Shown one piece after another: positions 1 through 9,113 of a DNA stretch of 64,000 nucleotides. Under the pieces are notes generated by a model that did not search any database, was not told the origin of the DNA, and worked only from the letters and a program-made list of their open reading frames with translations. The position numbers and the translations under genes are program-made. This DNA is from Candidatus Hinthialibacteria bacterium OLB16 (GTDB lineage Bacteria; Hinthialibacterota; Hinthialibacteria; OLB16): positions 17,651 to 81,650 of the forward strand of contig LMZT01000020.1 in the NCBI GenBank assembly GCA_001567115.1, written 5' to 3'. Every line of letters begins with the position of its first letter. The first letter of the stretch is position 1.

Positions 1-575
1 CGCAGCCCTGATGGAAGTGTGCCCCCCCGCAGCACATGGGACGGAACAAATGTGGCATGAAGCGGATGATCTCCGCGCTGCTGCCGGACAGCATCCAGAT
101 TGGCCAGGCCATTCAGAATCCCGAATGGTGATTTGTCGCAGCCCGACAGCACCACAGCGCTGTGATACGAATGCGCCTCCATCTGGTTAACGACAATATC
201 CGACAACAGGTTTCTTGAATTCAAAGAGTAGGACATGCCGATATTGCTCTGGGCGGTTCCATCACACAGCACCGGAACACCAAATGAGAATGGAACCCCA
301 CCCTGTCCCCAGATCGATGCGGCAAAGCGCAGCTTGACCTCCTCATCCATGATATGCGCCGGGTGATCCGATGAGCCACAGATGATGGCGACACGGGGGG
401 AGTTGTTTTCCAGGCGGTCATAAATGTCACCCAGTGAAACTGCGCGCCGCGGGACTCCCGGCAATGAACGCGCCCGGTCCAGCAGGGCTGCTACCGTGAT
501 TGGTTCATTGGCCTTGCCCTGGACCTGCTCCTGGTAAGGGTTGTGCCCTTTGATCCTGATGGTATTTTCTGGCAT
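1..575 (-). CDS. IlvD/Edd-family dihydroxy-acid/sugar-acid dehydratase, N-terminal part (runs off window start)
   Basis: Not in the ORF track. Hand translation from ATG 575 (GAGGAG upstream): MPENTIRIKG...VPVLCDGTAQSNIGMSYSLNSRNL...VVLSGCDKSP, carrying the IlvD/Edd CDG, MxYSLxSR and GCDK motifs. Confidence 0.85.
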   Translation of the reverse strand, partial: MPENTIRIKGHNPYQEQVQGKANEPITVAALLDRARSLPGVPRRAVSLGDIYDRLENNSPRVAIICGSSDHPAHIMDEEVKLRFAASIWGQGGVPFSFGVPVLCDGTAQSNIGMSYSLNSRNLLSDIVVNQMEAHSYHSAVVLSGCDKSPFGILNGLANLDAVRQQRGDHPLHATFVPSHVLRGGTLPSGL

Positions 576-591
576 GGGTCTTCACCGCTCC

Positions 592-1218
592 TCAATATAG
601 CCTTCCAATCGCACGGCAAGGCGATCCGTCACCTCCCCGGATCTTCAATGGCAAACAGACCAGGTCCACTTCCCCTGGATTCAATCCTGAAAGATTCAAT
701 CCTTCGACTACAATGATCCCATTCCCCAGCAGGATATGGTGAACCGGGTGACCTTTCAGGCCACGAGGCTCGATGGAGAGGTAATCGATTCCAACCAGGC
801 GGATGCCGCACTCGACCAGATATTCAGCTCCCTCAGGCGACAGCGCCACGAAATCCCCCATGAATTGGGGATCGTTCATCCAACGGCCAGTGGCGGTTTT
901 CAGCAGCAGCCGTGAAACCCCTTCTGGAAGCAGTGGGTGTAGATCGCCTGGCTCAATCATCCGGTTCAGCGAGCTTAAATCCACCACTGTTGCCTTGCCG
1001 ACGAGCACATCGAGGTCGAGTTCATCGATGGTGCGACCCTGTGGGATAAAATGGCGGGGTGCATCCATGTGAGTTCCGGTATGGCTCGAAAATGTGAGCA
1101 GCGAAGTATTACAGCCATCCCCCTGATCAATCGAGGCAAGGGGTTGTATTTCTGGAGATGGATCCCCGGGCCAGGTCACCATTCCGGAATGGATGGGGTG
1201 GGTCAGATCGATCCACAT
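592..1218 (-). CDS. Cyclase family metal-dependent hydrolase (kynurenine formamidase KynB-like)
   Basis: HTGTHMDAP metal motif, GIDYLS, IVVEGLNL and GDGSPCR. Confidence 0.9.
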   Translation of the reverse strand: MWIDLTHPIHSGMVTWPGDPSPEIQPLASIDQGDGCNTSLLTFSSHTGTHMDAPRHFIPQGRTIDELDLDVLVGKATVVDLSSLNRMIEPGDLHPLLPEGVSRLLLKTATGRWMNDPQFMGDFVALSPEGAEYLVECGIRLVGIDYLSIEPRGLKGHPVHHILLGNGIIVVEGLNLSGLNPGEVDLVCLPLKIRGGDGSPCRAIGRLY

Positions 1219-1297
1219 TTCTGGAAAAAACCTCAGAAAAATTCAATAACAGTATCAGGCTGGAGGCTTCCAGAGGCAAGCCCGTTCAGGTAAATAT

Positions 1298-2410
1298 TCA
1301 GGAAATTCCCAGAACATCCAGATAGAGGTTTTCATACTCCTGAACAATTCGGGACCAGTCATACCGTTGCCGGGAGGCTTTGGCCCCCTCCGCAAGCCGG
1401 TTTCTGAACTCTTCATTGCCCAGGACTTTCAGGAGTGCTTCGGCCAGGGCATCCGCATCCGCATGGGGGACCAGCAGCCCGTTTTTCCCCTCTTCAACGA
1501 TATCGATGATCCCCCCGACTCGGCTGCTGATGACTGGAATCCCCGCCGAAAAAGCCTCGATGTTCACGATCCCGAAATGTTCCATGTGTGACGGGCAGGT
1601 AAAAGCCAGTGCGCCGCGGTATAAGGAGGCTTTCTCTTTCTCATTGACCGATCCCAGAAATTTGACTCGATGGGTGACTCCCAGCTCCGAGGCCAGTCGA
1701 TGGTAAGGTTCCGCTTCAGGGCCATCTCCGGCGATCAGCAGATCGATTCCCGGGATGCGGGATTCAATTTGACTCCAGGCTTTGAGCAGGTAGTCGATTC
1801 CTTTGACACGGTGCATCCGCCCCATCATAAACAGATAGGGACGGGGATACTGGCAGGGCGGGGCATCCCGGAAAAAGGCCACATCCACTCCGCAGGGAAT
1901 CACACGGACCCGTTCGGGGGGAGCGCCGGCGGATTCGAGCTCCTCACCGATATAACGGCTGATTCCGATGCAGGCTGCCGCCTGTGGAACGATCCTGCAG
2001 ATTCTTGCCTCGACTCGCGGGATTTTTCGCTCCCGTTCTCCACGGACAATCTCTGTCCCATAAGGAGCGATGAGATATGGAATTCCGGTCAGGCGATGAA
2101 AAGAATGTGCGATGTACCCCTGAGGGTATGCTGCATGGCAGTGGACCAGGTCAAAGCGATGCTTCCAGTGGGCCATCAGAAGGTGAGGCAGAACCAGGCG
2201 GGTCCCCCATCGCTTCGAGCGCAGGCGGGGATAACGTTTCACCGGGAGCTCGACCGGCTGAGGACCCTCCCCATGCTGGTTGGGAGCCAGCACAACAATC
2301 TCATGGCCTCTCTTCTGGAGGGCCACAGCCAGGTTATGCGCCATCCATTCCGCTCCGCCCACCTTGGGCAGATAGGTCTTGGTAAAAAAGCAGATTCGCA
2401 GGCTCTTCAT
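1298..2410 (-). CDS. Glycosyltransferase family 4 (GT-B)
   Basis: N-terminal YLPKVGGAE, KGIDYLL and EHFGIVNIEAFSAGIPVI (ExFG-x-E). Confidence 0.92.
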   Translation of the reverse strand: MKSLRICFFTKTYLPKVGGAEWMAHNLAVALQKRGHEIVVLAPNQHGEGPQPVELPVKRYPRLRSKRWGTRLVLPHLLMAHWKHRFDLVHCHAAYPQGYIAHSFHRLTGIPYLIAPYGTEIVRGERERKIPRVEARICRIVPQAAACIGISRYIGEELESAGAPPERVRVIPCGVDVAFFRDAPPCQYPRPYLFMMGRMHRVKGIDYLLKAWSQIESRIPGIDLLIAGDGPEAEPYHRLASELGVTHRVKFLGSVNEKEKASLYRGALAFTCPSHMEHFGIVNIEAFSAGIPVISSRVGGIIDIVEEGKNGLLVPHADADALAEALLKVLGNEEFRNRLAEGAKASRQRYDWSRIVQEYENLYLDVLGIS

Positions 2411-2420
2411 GGAATCGGCC

Positions 2421-3059
2421 TTAATCCTGTTTGCGCTTCCTGGCGAGCACCAGGATCGATGCGCTGTAATCCAGATTCAGAAGCCTGAAAAGCGGGGTTG
2501 CCAGCCAACGGGACCAGCGTTTCAGAAACGATGCGCTGTATGTCCGGTAAATCTCCTGGATTTCGAATCCACTCATATAAAGCAGAGCTCCAAGGCTTTC
2601 ATAATTGAGAAACAGGCAATGTGTCGGATCACTCATGAAGAGCGCAGGATTATGGATGTTCGGTGTGCTCAGGGCCAGCACCCCGTCGTCCTTCAGGAGC
2701 TTTTCGATCCTGGCCAGGGTATCCAGGGCGGCCGGCATTTCCAGATGCTCGATCACCTCCATCAGCATGATGCAATCATACCTGCCGGTGACTTCATCCA
2801 TCGACCGGAAGTTTTGAGGCTGATTGGGGTCGACATCCATTGTGAGGTATTCGATGCCATCCAGGCCGAGGAGAACCTTGCGGCCAAATTCGCCATCACC
2901 CGCTCCGATATCCAGAAGGGACATGCCGGGCTGGAGTCCCCTGCGGATCGGATCCTGTTTCTTATGAATGACTGGAATATCCCAGACACGGCGAAATCGT
3001 TTGCGGATCGCTTTTTTCCCCGCCGCCCAATCGCTCCAGGATTCTGGGGACAGTTTCAT
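2421..3059 (-). CDS. Class I SAM-dependent methyltransferase
   Basis: LLDIGAGDG motif I, EVIEHL and STPN, typical of polysaccharide-associated methyltransferases. Confidence 0.88.
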   Translation of the reverse strand: MKLSPESWSDWAAGKKAIRKRFRRVWDIPVIHKKQDPIRRGLQPGMSLLDIGAGDGEFGRKVLLGLDGIEYLTMDVDPNQPQNFRSMDEVTGRYDCIMLMEVIEHLEMPAALDTLARIEKLLKDDGVLALSTPNIHNPALFMSDPTHCLFLNYESLGALLYMSGFEIQEIYRTYSASFLKRWSRWLATPLFRLLNLDYSASILVLARKRKQD

Positions 3060-3745
3060 CGATCCACCAGCTCCTGCAGCGCTTTTTGCAGAATCGAGGC
3101 CATGGCTCCCACCTGCAGGTCGAGTGCGCGTTCGCCCTGTTCGGCATAGGCTGCTTCGAGAGGGTCGCCGGGAAGCCTGCGAAGCGAGGAGGCATCCCCA
3201 TCCAATGGATCATGAGCCAGATCGACCAGCTCCGGGCAGAGCGCCCTCATCAGGCAGGCTTCCATGCCGGCGGCCGGTGGCTGGTCCGTGAGAGTCATGT
3301 CCTGCGGAAGAATCCGGGAGAACAGAAGAATTCGAAGCCCATATTTCTGCTCCCAGGCGAGCCGATGCACTTCGAGGGCCTCGATGGAGGGATCATATCC
3401 ATGTGCGACCACGATCCGAAACCCATAATCCGCCACTTCATGGATCAGGCATTCGACCAGATTGGCAAAGGATGTGAGGCTTACCCGGCAGATCGAGCAC
3501 TCCGGCGAAATCATGCACAGAGACTGGGGGAGCTCCGGGCTGAAGTAGACCACCGGCAATACCACCCCCCCGACCTCACGGGCCAGGGCCGAAAACAGCC
3601 CTTGCGAGAGGATTCCCGCAAACCCGAGAGGCAGATGGTCCTGCTGGGATTTCAAAGCTCCCAGCGGCAAATATGCAACAGGGGCCTGATTCACCCGTGC
3701 CCGCAAACGGTTGGCGGTCAGGTCTGTAAAAAGAACATGTTCCAT
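3056..3745 (-). CDS. Creatininase-family protein with degenerate metal-binding motifs
   Basis: PVAYLPLGALKSQQDHLPLG and GFRIVVAHG align with creatininase PxGSxEQHGxHLP and NGHGGN. 4-bp overlap with the methyltransferase. Confidence 0.7.
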   Translation of the reverse strand: MEHVLFTDLTANRLRARVNQAPVAYLPLGALKSQQDHLPLGFAGILSQGLFSALAREVGGVVLPVVYFSPELPQSLCMISPECSICRVSLTSFANLVECLIHEVADYGFRIVVAHGYDPSIEALEVHRLAWEQKYGLRILLFSRILPQDMTLTDQPPAAGMEACLMRALCPELVDLAHDPLDGDASSLRRLPGDPLEAAYAEQGERALDLQVGAMASILQKALQELVDR

Positions 3746-4000
3746 GAGATCGAAGGACCGATGCTAATCCGACCCTTCATTTCAGTCAACTTTCATAAAT
3801 ATCCCTTTCGGAAAACGGGTGACCTCCCTGGGCGCATCATGCTGTGCCCCTGCACACGGAAAATGGAAAGCCACTGATGGGGAATTCCGTCGCCGGCTTG
3901 AGTGTGCTGTTGGATTTTTTTAACGAACGAAACTCCAGATGTGGACGGCCTCCGTGATGTCGGTTTATAATCCGGACCAACCTTGTCCACAGAAGGGAGG

Positions 4001-4530
4001 ATGCTCGTGCAGCAGTACACCCGCCTGCAAACTGTCATCGCAAACATTCCCTACTCCATCATGATTCTGCTTGGGGCAGTGATAATATCTCTAGGCTCCG
4101 GGTTCTCACTGACGGGTCTGATTGGCGCAACCGGCTACATCCTGTATGGGATTGCCGGGTCGGCGTGGACAATGATCTTCATCTGCCCTTATTGCGCCTA
4201 CTATGCCACAAGGTCCTGCCCCTGCGGTTATGGAATGCTGTCGGCGCGAATGGTGCGCCGGGGGGAAGGGTCCTGCTTTTCAGAGAAATTCCGGCGCATA
4301 TCCCGGTGCTGGTTCCTCTCTGGTTCATACCTGTAATTTGCGGAGGGATCGCTCTCTGGTTTTCACCCTCATGGGTGCTGGCTGGCGCTCTGCTTGTATT
4401 TTCCATCAACTCATTCGTCGTGCTTCCCCTGGTTTCGAGGAAACACAGCTGCAGTGAGTGCCCTCAGAAAGATGACTGCCCCTGGATGAGTGTCGGCATC
4501 CGCAAGGATAATCAGAGATTGACAGCCTGA
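4001..4530 (+). CDS. Cys-rich four-TM membrane protein (frameshifted near 4297)
   Basis: ORFs 3983..4336 and 4165..4530 join into one protein with hydrophobic helices, FICPYCAYYATRSCPCG and HSCSECPQKDDCPW. GGAGG precedes ATG 4001/GTG 4007. Confidence 0.7.
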
Positions 4531-4649
4531 TTCGGGGAGAGCATCGGCACAACTGGCCGGATGCCGCAGCCAACGGTCTTCCATTCATCGCTTGCGGCTT
4601 TATCATGAAGTCAGATGATTTATCGATGACTTTTTTCAAGAGGTGAATT

Positions 4650-4877
4650 ATGCCGATTTCCCCTGAACTTCTGGAAATTCTGGTTTGTCCTGACAGCAAA
4701 GCGCCACTTGTCCTGGATGGTGAAACCCTGGTATCAACCGATCCAGCCACCCGCCGCCGTTACAAGATCAAGGACAACATCCCCATCATGCTGATCGATG
4801 AATCCGAAATCCTGCCGGAAGCGGAATGGCAAACCATCCTCGCACGGCAGGGTGCTCAACCCTGTAAGAAAACCTGA
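4650..4877 (+). CDS. Trm112-family (YcaR-like) protein
   Basis: LLEILVCPDSK...YKIKDNIPIMLIDE; GAGGTG RBS. Confidence 0.88.
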   Translation: MPISPELLEILVCPDSKAPLVLDGETLVSTDPATRRRYKIKDNIPIMLIDESEILPEAEWQTILARQGAQPCKKT

Positions 4878-4952
4878 TTCCATATTGTTTCCACCTGCTC
4901 GGTCCGATCGATCCGGTCTGAGCTCTTTTTATAACAAATCAAGGAGATCGAA

Positions 4953-5921
4953 ATGGCAGAAAAATTGATGATTCTCGGTTCGGGACCGGCCGGCTGGACT
5001 GCCGCAATTTATGCCGCGCGAGCCAACCTGAATCCGGTCGTTCTTGAAGGCGGGCACATCCCCGGGGATTTGCCTGGCGGGCAGCTCATGCTGACCACTG
5101 AGGTTGAAAATTTCCCCGGATTCCCCGAGGGAGTGGATGGCCAGGAGCTGATGCACTTTTTCCGTAAACAGGCCCAGCGTTTCGAGGTCAGAATCGAGGA
5201 ATACACCGGGGCGGACTCCGTGGATCTTTCAAAATACCCTTTCATTGTCAATGATTCCAATGGCAAAACCTGGGAGTCCCATGCGCTGATTATCGCCACC
5301 GGGGCAACCGCCAACTGGCTGGGCCTTGAAAGCGAACAGTATTTTCGCAAAAAAGGGCTGGGGGTGACTGCATGTGCAACCTGTGATGGAGCATTCCCGC
5401 GTTTCCGTGATCAGCCTGTGGCGGTGATCGGCGGGGGTGATTCAGCCATGGAAGAAGCCACTTATGTCACCAAGTTTTCGAATCCTGTTTACATCGTGCA
5501 TCGTCGGGATTCATTCCGTGCCAGCAAGATCATGGGGGAGCGTGCGCTCGCGAATCCACGCATCAAACCAGTCTGGAATTCGACTGTCGAAGAAGTTCTC
5601 GGGAATGACACCGAAGGGGTGACCGGCGTGCGTTTGCGCAATGTCCTGACCAGCGAAGTCAGTGATCTTCCGGTGCGTGGTGTGTTTCTTTCGATCGGGC
5701 ACACTCCCAATACAGGGTTCCTCAAAGGACAACTGGAGCTGGATGCCAAAGGATACATTGTTCTGAAAAATCCAGCGGGTTCTCATACCAGTGTGGAAGG
5801 CGTCTTTGCGGCGGGAGATGTTGCCGACAGCACCTATCGCCAGGCGATCACTGCGGCTGGCATGGGCTGTCGATCCGCGATCGATGCCGAAAGGTGGCTG
5901 GCAGCTCGAGGCATCGACTGA
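4953..5921 (+). CDS. trxB: Thioredoxin-disulfide reductase
   Basis: [36 protein letters not shown] and [17 protein letters not shown]. Confidence 0.97.
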   Translation: MAEKLMILGSGPAGWTAAIYAARANLNPVVLEGGHIPGDLPGGQLMLTTEVENFPGFPEGVDGQELMHFFRKQAQRFEVRIEEYTGADSVDLSKYPFIVNDSNGKTWESHALIIATGATANWLGLESEQYFRKKGLGVTACATCDGAFPRFRDQPVAVIGGGDSAMEEATYVTKFSNPVYIVHRRDSFRASKIMGERALANPRIKPVWNSTVEEVLGNDTEGVTGVRLRNVLTSEVSDLPVRGVFLSIGHTPNTGFLKGQLELDAKGYIVLKNPAGSHTSVEGVFAAGDVADSTYRQAITAAGMGCRSAIDAERWLAARGID

Positions 5922-5939
5922 GCAGATCGGGAGGTGTGA

Positions 5940-6995
5940 ATGCCCTACGAGGATGGCTGGGCGGCTCTCAATCTCGAGATGCCGAAACGAATTCCGCGTA
6001 CTGAGTATTCCCTCGAACTTCATTCCGGGGTGATACGCGCAGCCACCGGCTATGACATCCACCTGGCCGATCCGTCTGTTCGCTCCCGAGCGCAGCGGGC
6101 ACTGTACGACAGCTGGAACTACGACCTGGTCTGGTCCACCATCGATTCCCGCACAATCATTACCAGCTTCTCAACCCGGATGGGTCATGCTGTTTATCAG
6201 GAAGGTGGAGTCGATTTCGATCCGATGATCAGCTCCCCATTCTCCTCAGTCGAGGAAATTTTCACTTTCGATCCCTGGGAGCACTTCGGCCGCAGAAACG
6301 AGGCTGGCTTGATTGCCGGGTTCGAGAGCCACTACCAGGCCAATTGCCAGGCTTTTCCCAACCAGGTCAACATGACCGGAATTTATGTTTCCTGCATCTC
6401 GGGGGTTCTCGATCTCTTCGGCTGGAACTGGCTGCTCGAAGCCCTTGGAACCGACCCGGTGCGTTTCGGGAAGGTTGTTCAACGATATTCCTCCTGGATT
6501 CTCCAGTACTTCGAAGCCCTGGCCAGTTCCACAGCCCCTGTGGTGATGGTTCATGATGATATCGTCTGGAGCTCCGGCCCATTCACGAAACCCTCGTGGT
6601 ACCGTGAATTTGTCTTTCCGGCTTTGAAAAGCCAGATGGACCCCTTGCGCCAGGCCGGGAAGATCATCCTGTTTACCTCAGATGGAAACTTCACCCCTTT
6701 TTTCGAAGATCTGGTGGACTGTGGAGTCAGCGGTTTTGTCCTGGAACCCCTCACCGATCTGGAGCTTCTGGCGGACAGGTATGGAAAAACACATGTCCTG
6801 ATTGGAAATGCCGACACCCGCATCCTTCTTTCCGGCACCCACCAGGAGATCCGTGATGAGGTGGAACGCTGTCTTCGGATCGGCCGGAACTGCCCCGGTT
6901 ATTTCATGGCTGTAGGCAATCATATCCCGCCCAACACCCCTGTCGGAAATGCCCTGTACTACAATCAGGTTTATGAAGAACATTGTCTGCGATGA
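5940..6995 (+). CDS. Uroporphyrinogen-decarboxylase/MtaA-CmuA-like TIM-barrel protein
   Basis: VHDDI, FTSDGN, LIGNAD and YFMAVGNHIPPNTP pattern of URO-D-like proteins; not canonical HemE. Confidence 0.8.
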   Translation: MPYEDGWAALNLEMPKRIPRTEYSLELHSGVIRAATGYDIHLADPSVRSRAQRALYDSWNYDLVWSTIDSRTIITSFSTRMGHAVYQEGGVDFDPMISSPFSSVEEIFTFDPWEHFGRRNEAGLIAGFESHYQANCQAFPNQVNMTGIYVSCISGVLDLFGWNWLLEALGTDPVRFGKVVQRYSSWILQYFEALASSTAPVVMVHDDIVWSSGPFTKPSWYREFVFPALKSQMDPLRQAGKIILFTSDGNFTPFFEDLVDCGVSGFVLEPLTDLELLADRYGKTHVLIGNADTRILLSGTHQEIRDEVERCLRIGRNCPGYFMAVGNHIPPNTPVGNALYYNQVYEEHCLR

Positions 6996-9112
6996 AGATA
7001 GGAGGAACTTGCGATGATGCTGGCCAAAGCTTGATATGCTGCCTGTATATTTCTGCCCTGGGGCCTGCAGACCTCGACTCTCTGCCGGTCTGTGTCCAGT
7101 TTTCGCCGGTGCCCTCGGGACCAGGCTGGCGGAATGCCGATGAGCCACTGACCGATGAACTGATCCGTGCCACTATCGATAATATCCTGGATCATGGCTT
7201 TACCGGGATCGAAGCCCCTCCTCATCGTTCCCCCGAAGAAGACAAGCTGATTCTCTCCTATGCCCAGTCCCGTGGCATGTTTGTCAGCGCCCATGTCGGT
7301 TCGGTCGAGATTTTCGGACGTGATGCTCCTTCACCGATCTGTGTTTATTCGAAAGACTATGCCATCGAGGTTGAACGCCGTGTGCGTGAGAACCTCAAGT
7401 CCCTGAATGGAATCCCGAGGCTCTATAACATCTTCCCTTTCCAGGATGAGCCTTTTCATGCCGGTCCAAAATCCTTCGATATGAGCCAGGAGGTGAAGGA
7501 TGAATTTCGCAGGCGGTATGGATATGACCTGCCGGAGGATCTCGGCACAGCCCGGGAAAATCCACGTGCCTGGCTCGACCTCCTGAATTTTCATTCCGAT
7601 AATTTTTCTGATGGCTGGAGGCAGGCTTACCGGATCCTGAAATCGATCAGCCCGGAAGTGACTGTCACTCTCACACATGACAGCCACAACACCCTGGGGG
7701 GCGGCTTTGGTTCGCATACAGAGCTGGCCATCGATGATGTCTTCCACTGGGGGGGAGATTTCGCCGATATGTATGTCTTCGATATCTACCCCTACATGAG
7801 CATCGATTTCCGATTTGGCGAGCCTTCAAAATTCCTGAAACCCCGCATTGCCCAGACCCACTACACCATGGCGCAGATGCGGAATCTGACCACCCATTAC
7901 AACAAAATTTTCGGATTCTGGGTGGAAACATACAATCCTGACTGGTTCACCGGCTTTATCGATGAAAGCCGCCGCCTGAAGCACTGGACCGAAAGAGAGA
8001 TCTCACTGACCGCTGTGGCACAGGGGGCCGACTATCTCCTGACCGGCCATAAGATACCGATCGATGCCGGCCACTGGGAATCATTCGGCCAGGGATTGAA
8101 TCTGCTCAAAAAAGCCGGAAAAGACCTGCTGGTGGCGCCGAAAAAGCAGGCGGCCGCAGCCATGCTCTTTCCTCGAACCCAGCTGCTGCAACTGCAGGAG
8201 GAATATGCGGATGTCTCTCTGTCGTATGAACTCTTTCTGCGGGCATTCGGTGAGCTCGATATCCTTCATGAAGAACAGATCACGGATGACACCCTCAAAG
8301 GTTACCAGATCCTTGTCCTGTTTGATGTGCGCCTGCTCCCGTCAAAAACCATGCGCCACCTGAAATCGTTCGTCGAAAAAGGGGGTATGATCATCGCCGA
8401 TTCACTTCCCACTCTGGATGAGTACCATGCACCGAATCCCCTCATGGAGGAGCTCTTCGGTGTCCGCCAGACCTCAGGGGATCGTATTTTACGGCAGGGG
8501 CATTGGGTGGGTTATGAAAACACTTATCCGCCCACATGGCATTTTCGGGATGAAAATGCGCTGGATGAAATCGCCGCAGAAAAACATGCAGACATCCAGG
8601 GAACATTCCTGGGCAAGGAATACGATCTGAAAGTGACCAGCCCGAGGCTCTTCCAGGCCGGCCCGGCCTCGGCACACCTGGCAGATGCAGATGGGCAATG
8701 CGGTCTCGCCGGCAGGACAGTCGGCCAGGGGAAAGTTTTCCTCTTCGGTTTCTGCATGCTGGACACCTTCTTTTCCTTTCTGCGCACCGGGAACCAGCAG
8801 GCTGTCGATGAACTGGCCGGCCTGGTCCGCGCAGTGGCACGCTCAGAAGGGCATGTGCCGAATGTCTGTTCATCGAACCCCGATATCGAGGCCTCGCTGC
8901 GAGTTGGGCGGAACTCTGCCTTCCTGTTCCTGATCAATCATGAAGGGAAACAGCCGGAAATCGATGTGGAACTCAAAACCTGCCTGCCGGATATGAAACG
9001 GATTACAGACCTTGAAGATGGCGCCGAAATTCCATTCACCCGGAAGGACAGCATCCTCAGCCTCTCAGCGAATGTTCCAGAAGGTGAGTGCAGGATCTTT
9101 CGGCTCGAATAG
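6992..9112 (+). CDS. GH42/beta-galactosidase-like protein with trimerisation (GATase-like) domain
   Basis: FQDEPFH and FDIYPY, then LKGYQILVL...FVEKGGMII and GQGKVFLFG. The real start may be ATG 7014 after AGGAGG if one base is missing near 7027. Confidence 0.65.
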   Translation: MKIGGTCDDAGQSLICCLYISALGPADLDSLPVCVQFSPVPSGPGWRNADEPLTDELIRATIDNILDHGFTGIEAPPHRSPEEDKLILSYAQSRGMFVSAHVGSVEIFGRDAPSPICVYSKDYAIEVERRVRENLKSLNGIPRLYNIFPFQDEPFHAGPKSFDMSQEVKDEFRRRYGYDLPEDLGTARENPRAWLDLLNFHSDNFSDGWRQAYRILKSISPEVTVTLTHDSHNTLGGGFGSHTELAIDDVFHWGGDFADMYVFDIYPYMSIDFRFGEPSKFLKPRIAQTHYTMAQMRNLTTHYNKIFGFWVETYNPDWFTGFIDESRRLKHWTEREISLTAVAQGADYLLTGHKIPIDAGHWESFGQGLNLLKKAGKDLLVAPKKQAAAAMLFPRTQLLQLQEEYADVSLSYELFLRAFGELDILHEEQITDDTLKGYQILVLFDVRLLPSKTMRHLKSFVEKGGMIIADSLPTLDEYHAPNPLMEELFGVRQTSGDRILRQGHWVGYENTYPPTWHFRDENALDEIAAEKHADIQGTFLGKEYDLKVTSPRLFQAGPASAHLADADGQCGLAGRTVGQGKVFLFGFCMLDTFFSFLRTGNQQAVDELAGLVRAVARSEGHVPNVCSSNPDIEASLRVGRNSAFLFLINHEGKQPEIDVELKTCLPDMKRITDLEDGAEIPFTRKDSILSLSANVPEGECRIFRLE

Positions 9113-9113
9113 T

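Noticed and set aside
1298-3745. Mycofactocin-like cluster (creatininase plus glycosyltransferase)
   Set aside because: No MftA precursor, MftB or adjacent MftC radical SAM; the glycosyltransferase is GT4 rather than GT2, and the creatininase motifs are degenerate.
3840-3910. GAAAGCCACTG..GGGGAA resembling part of a cobalamin riboswitch; the opposite strand GGCGACGGAATTCCCC resembles a fluoride riboswitch start
   Set aside because: The other conserved elements (B12 box and upstream GGGAA; fluoride P1 pairing and pseudoknot partner) are missing, and the downstream genes do not fit.
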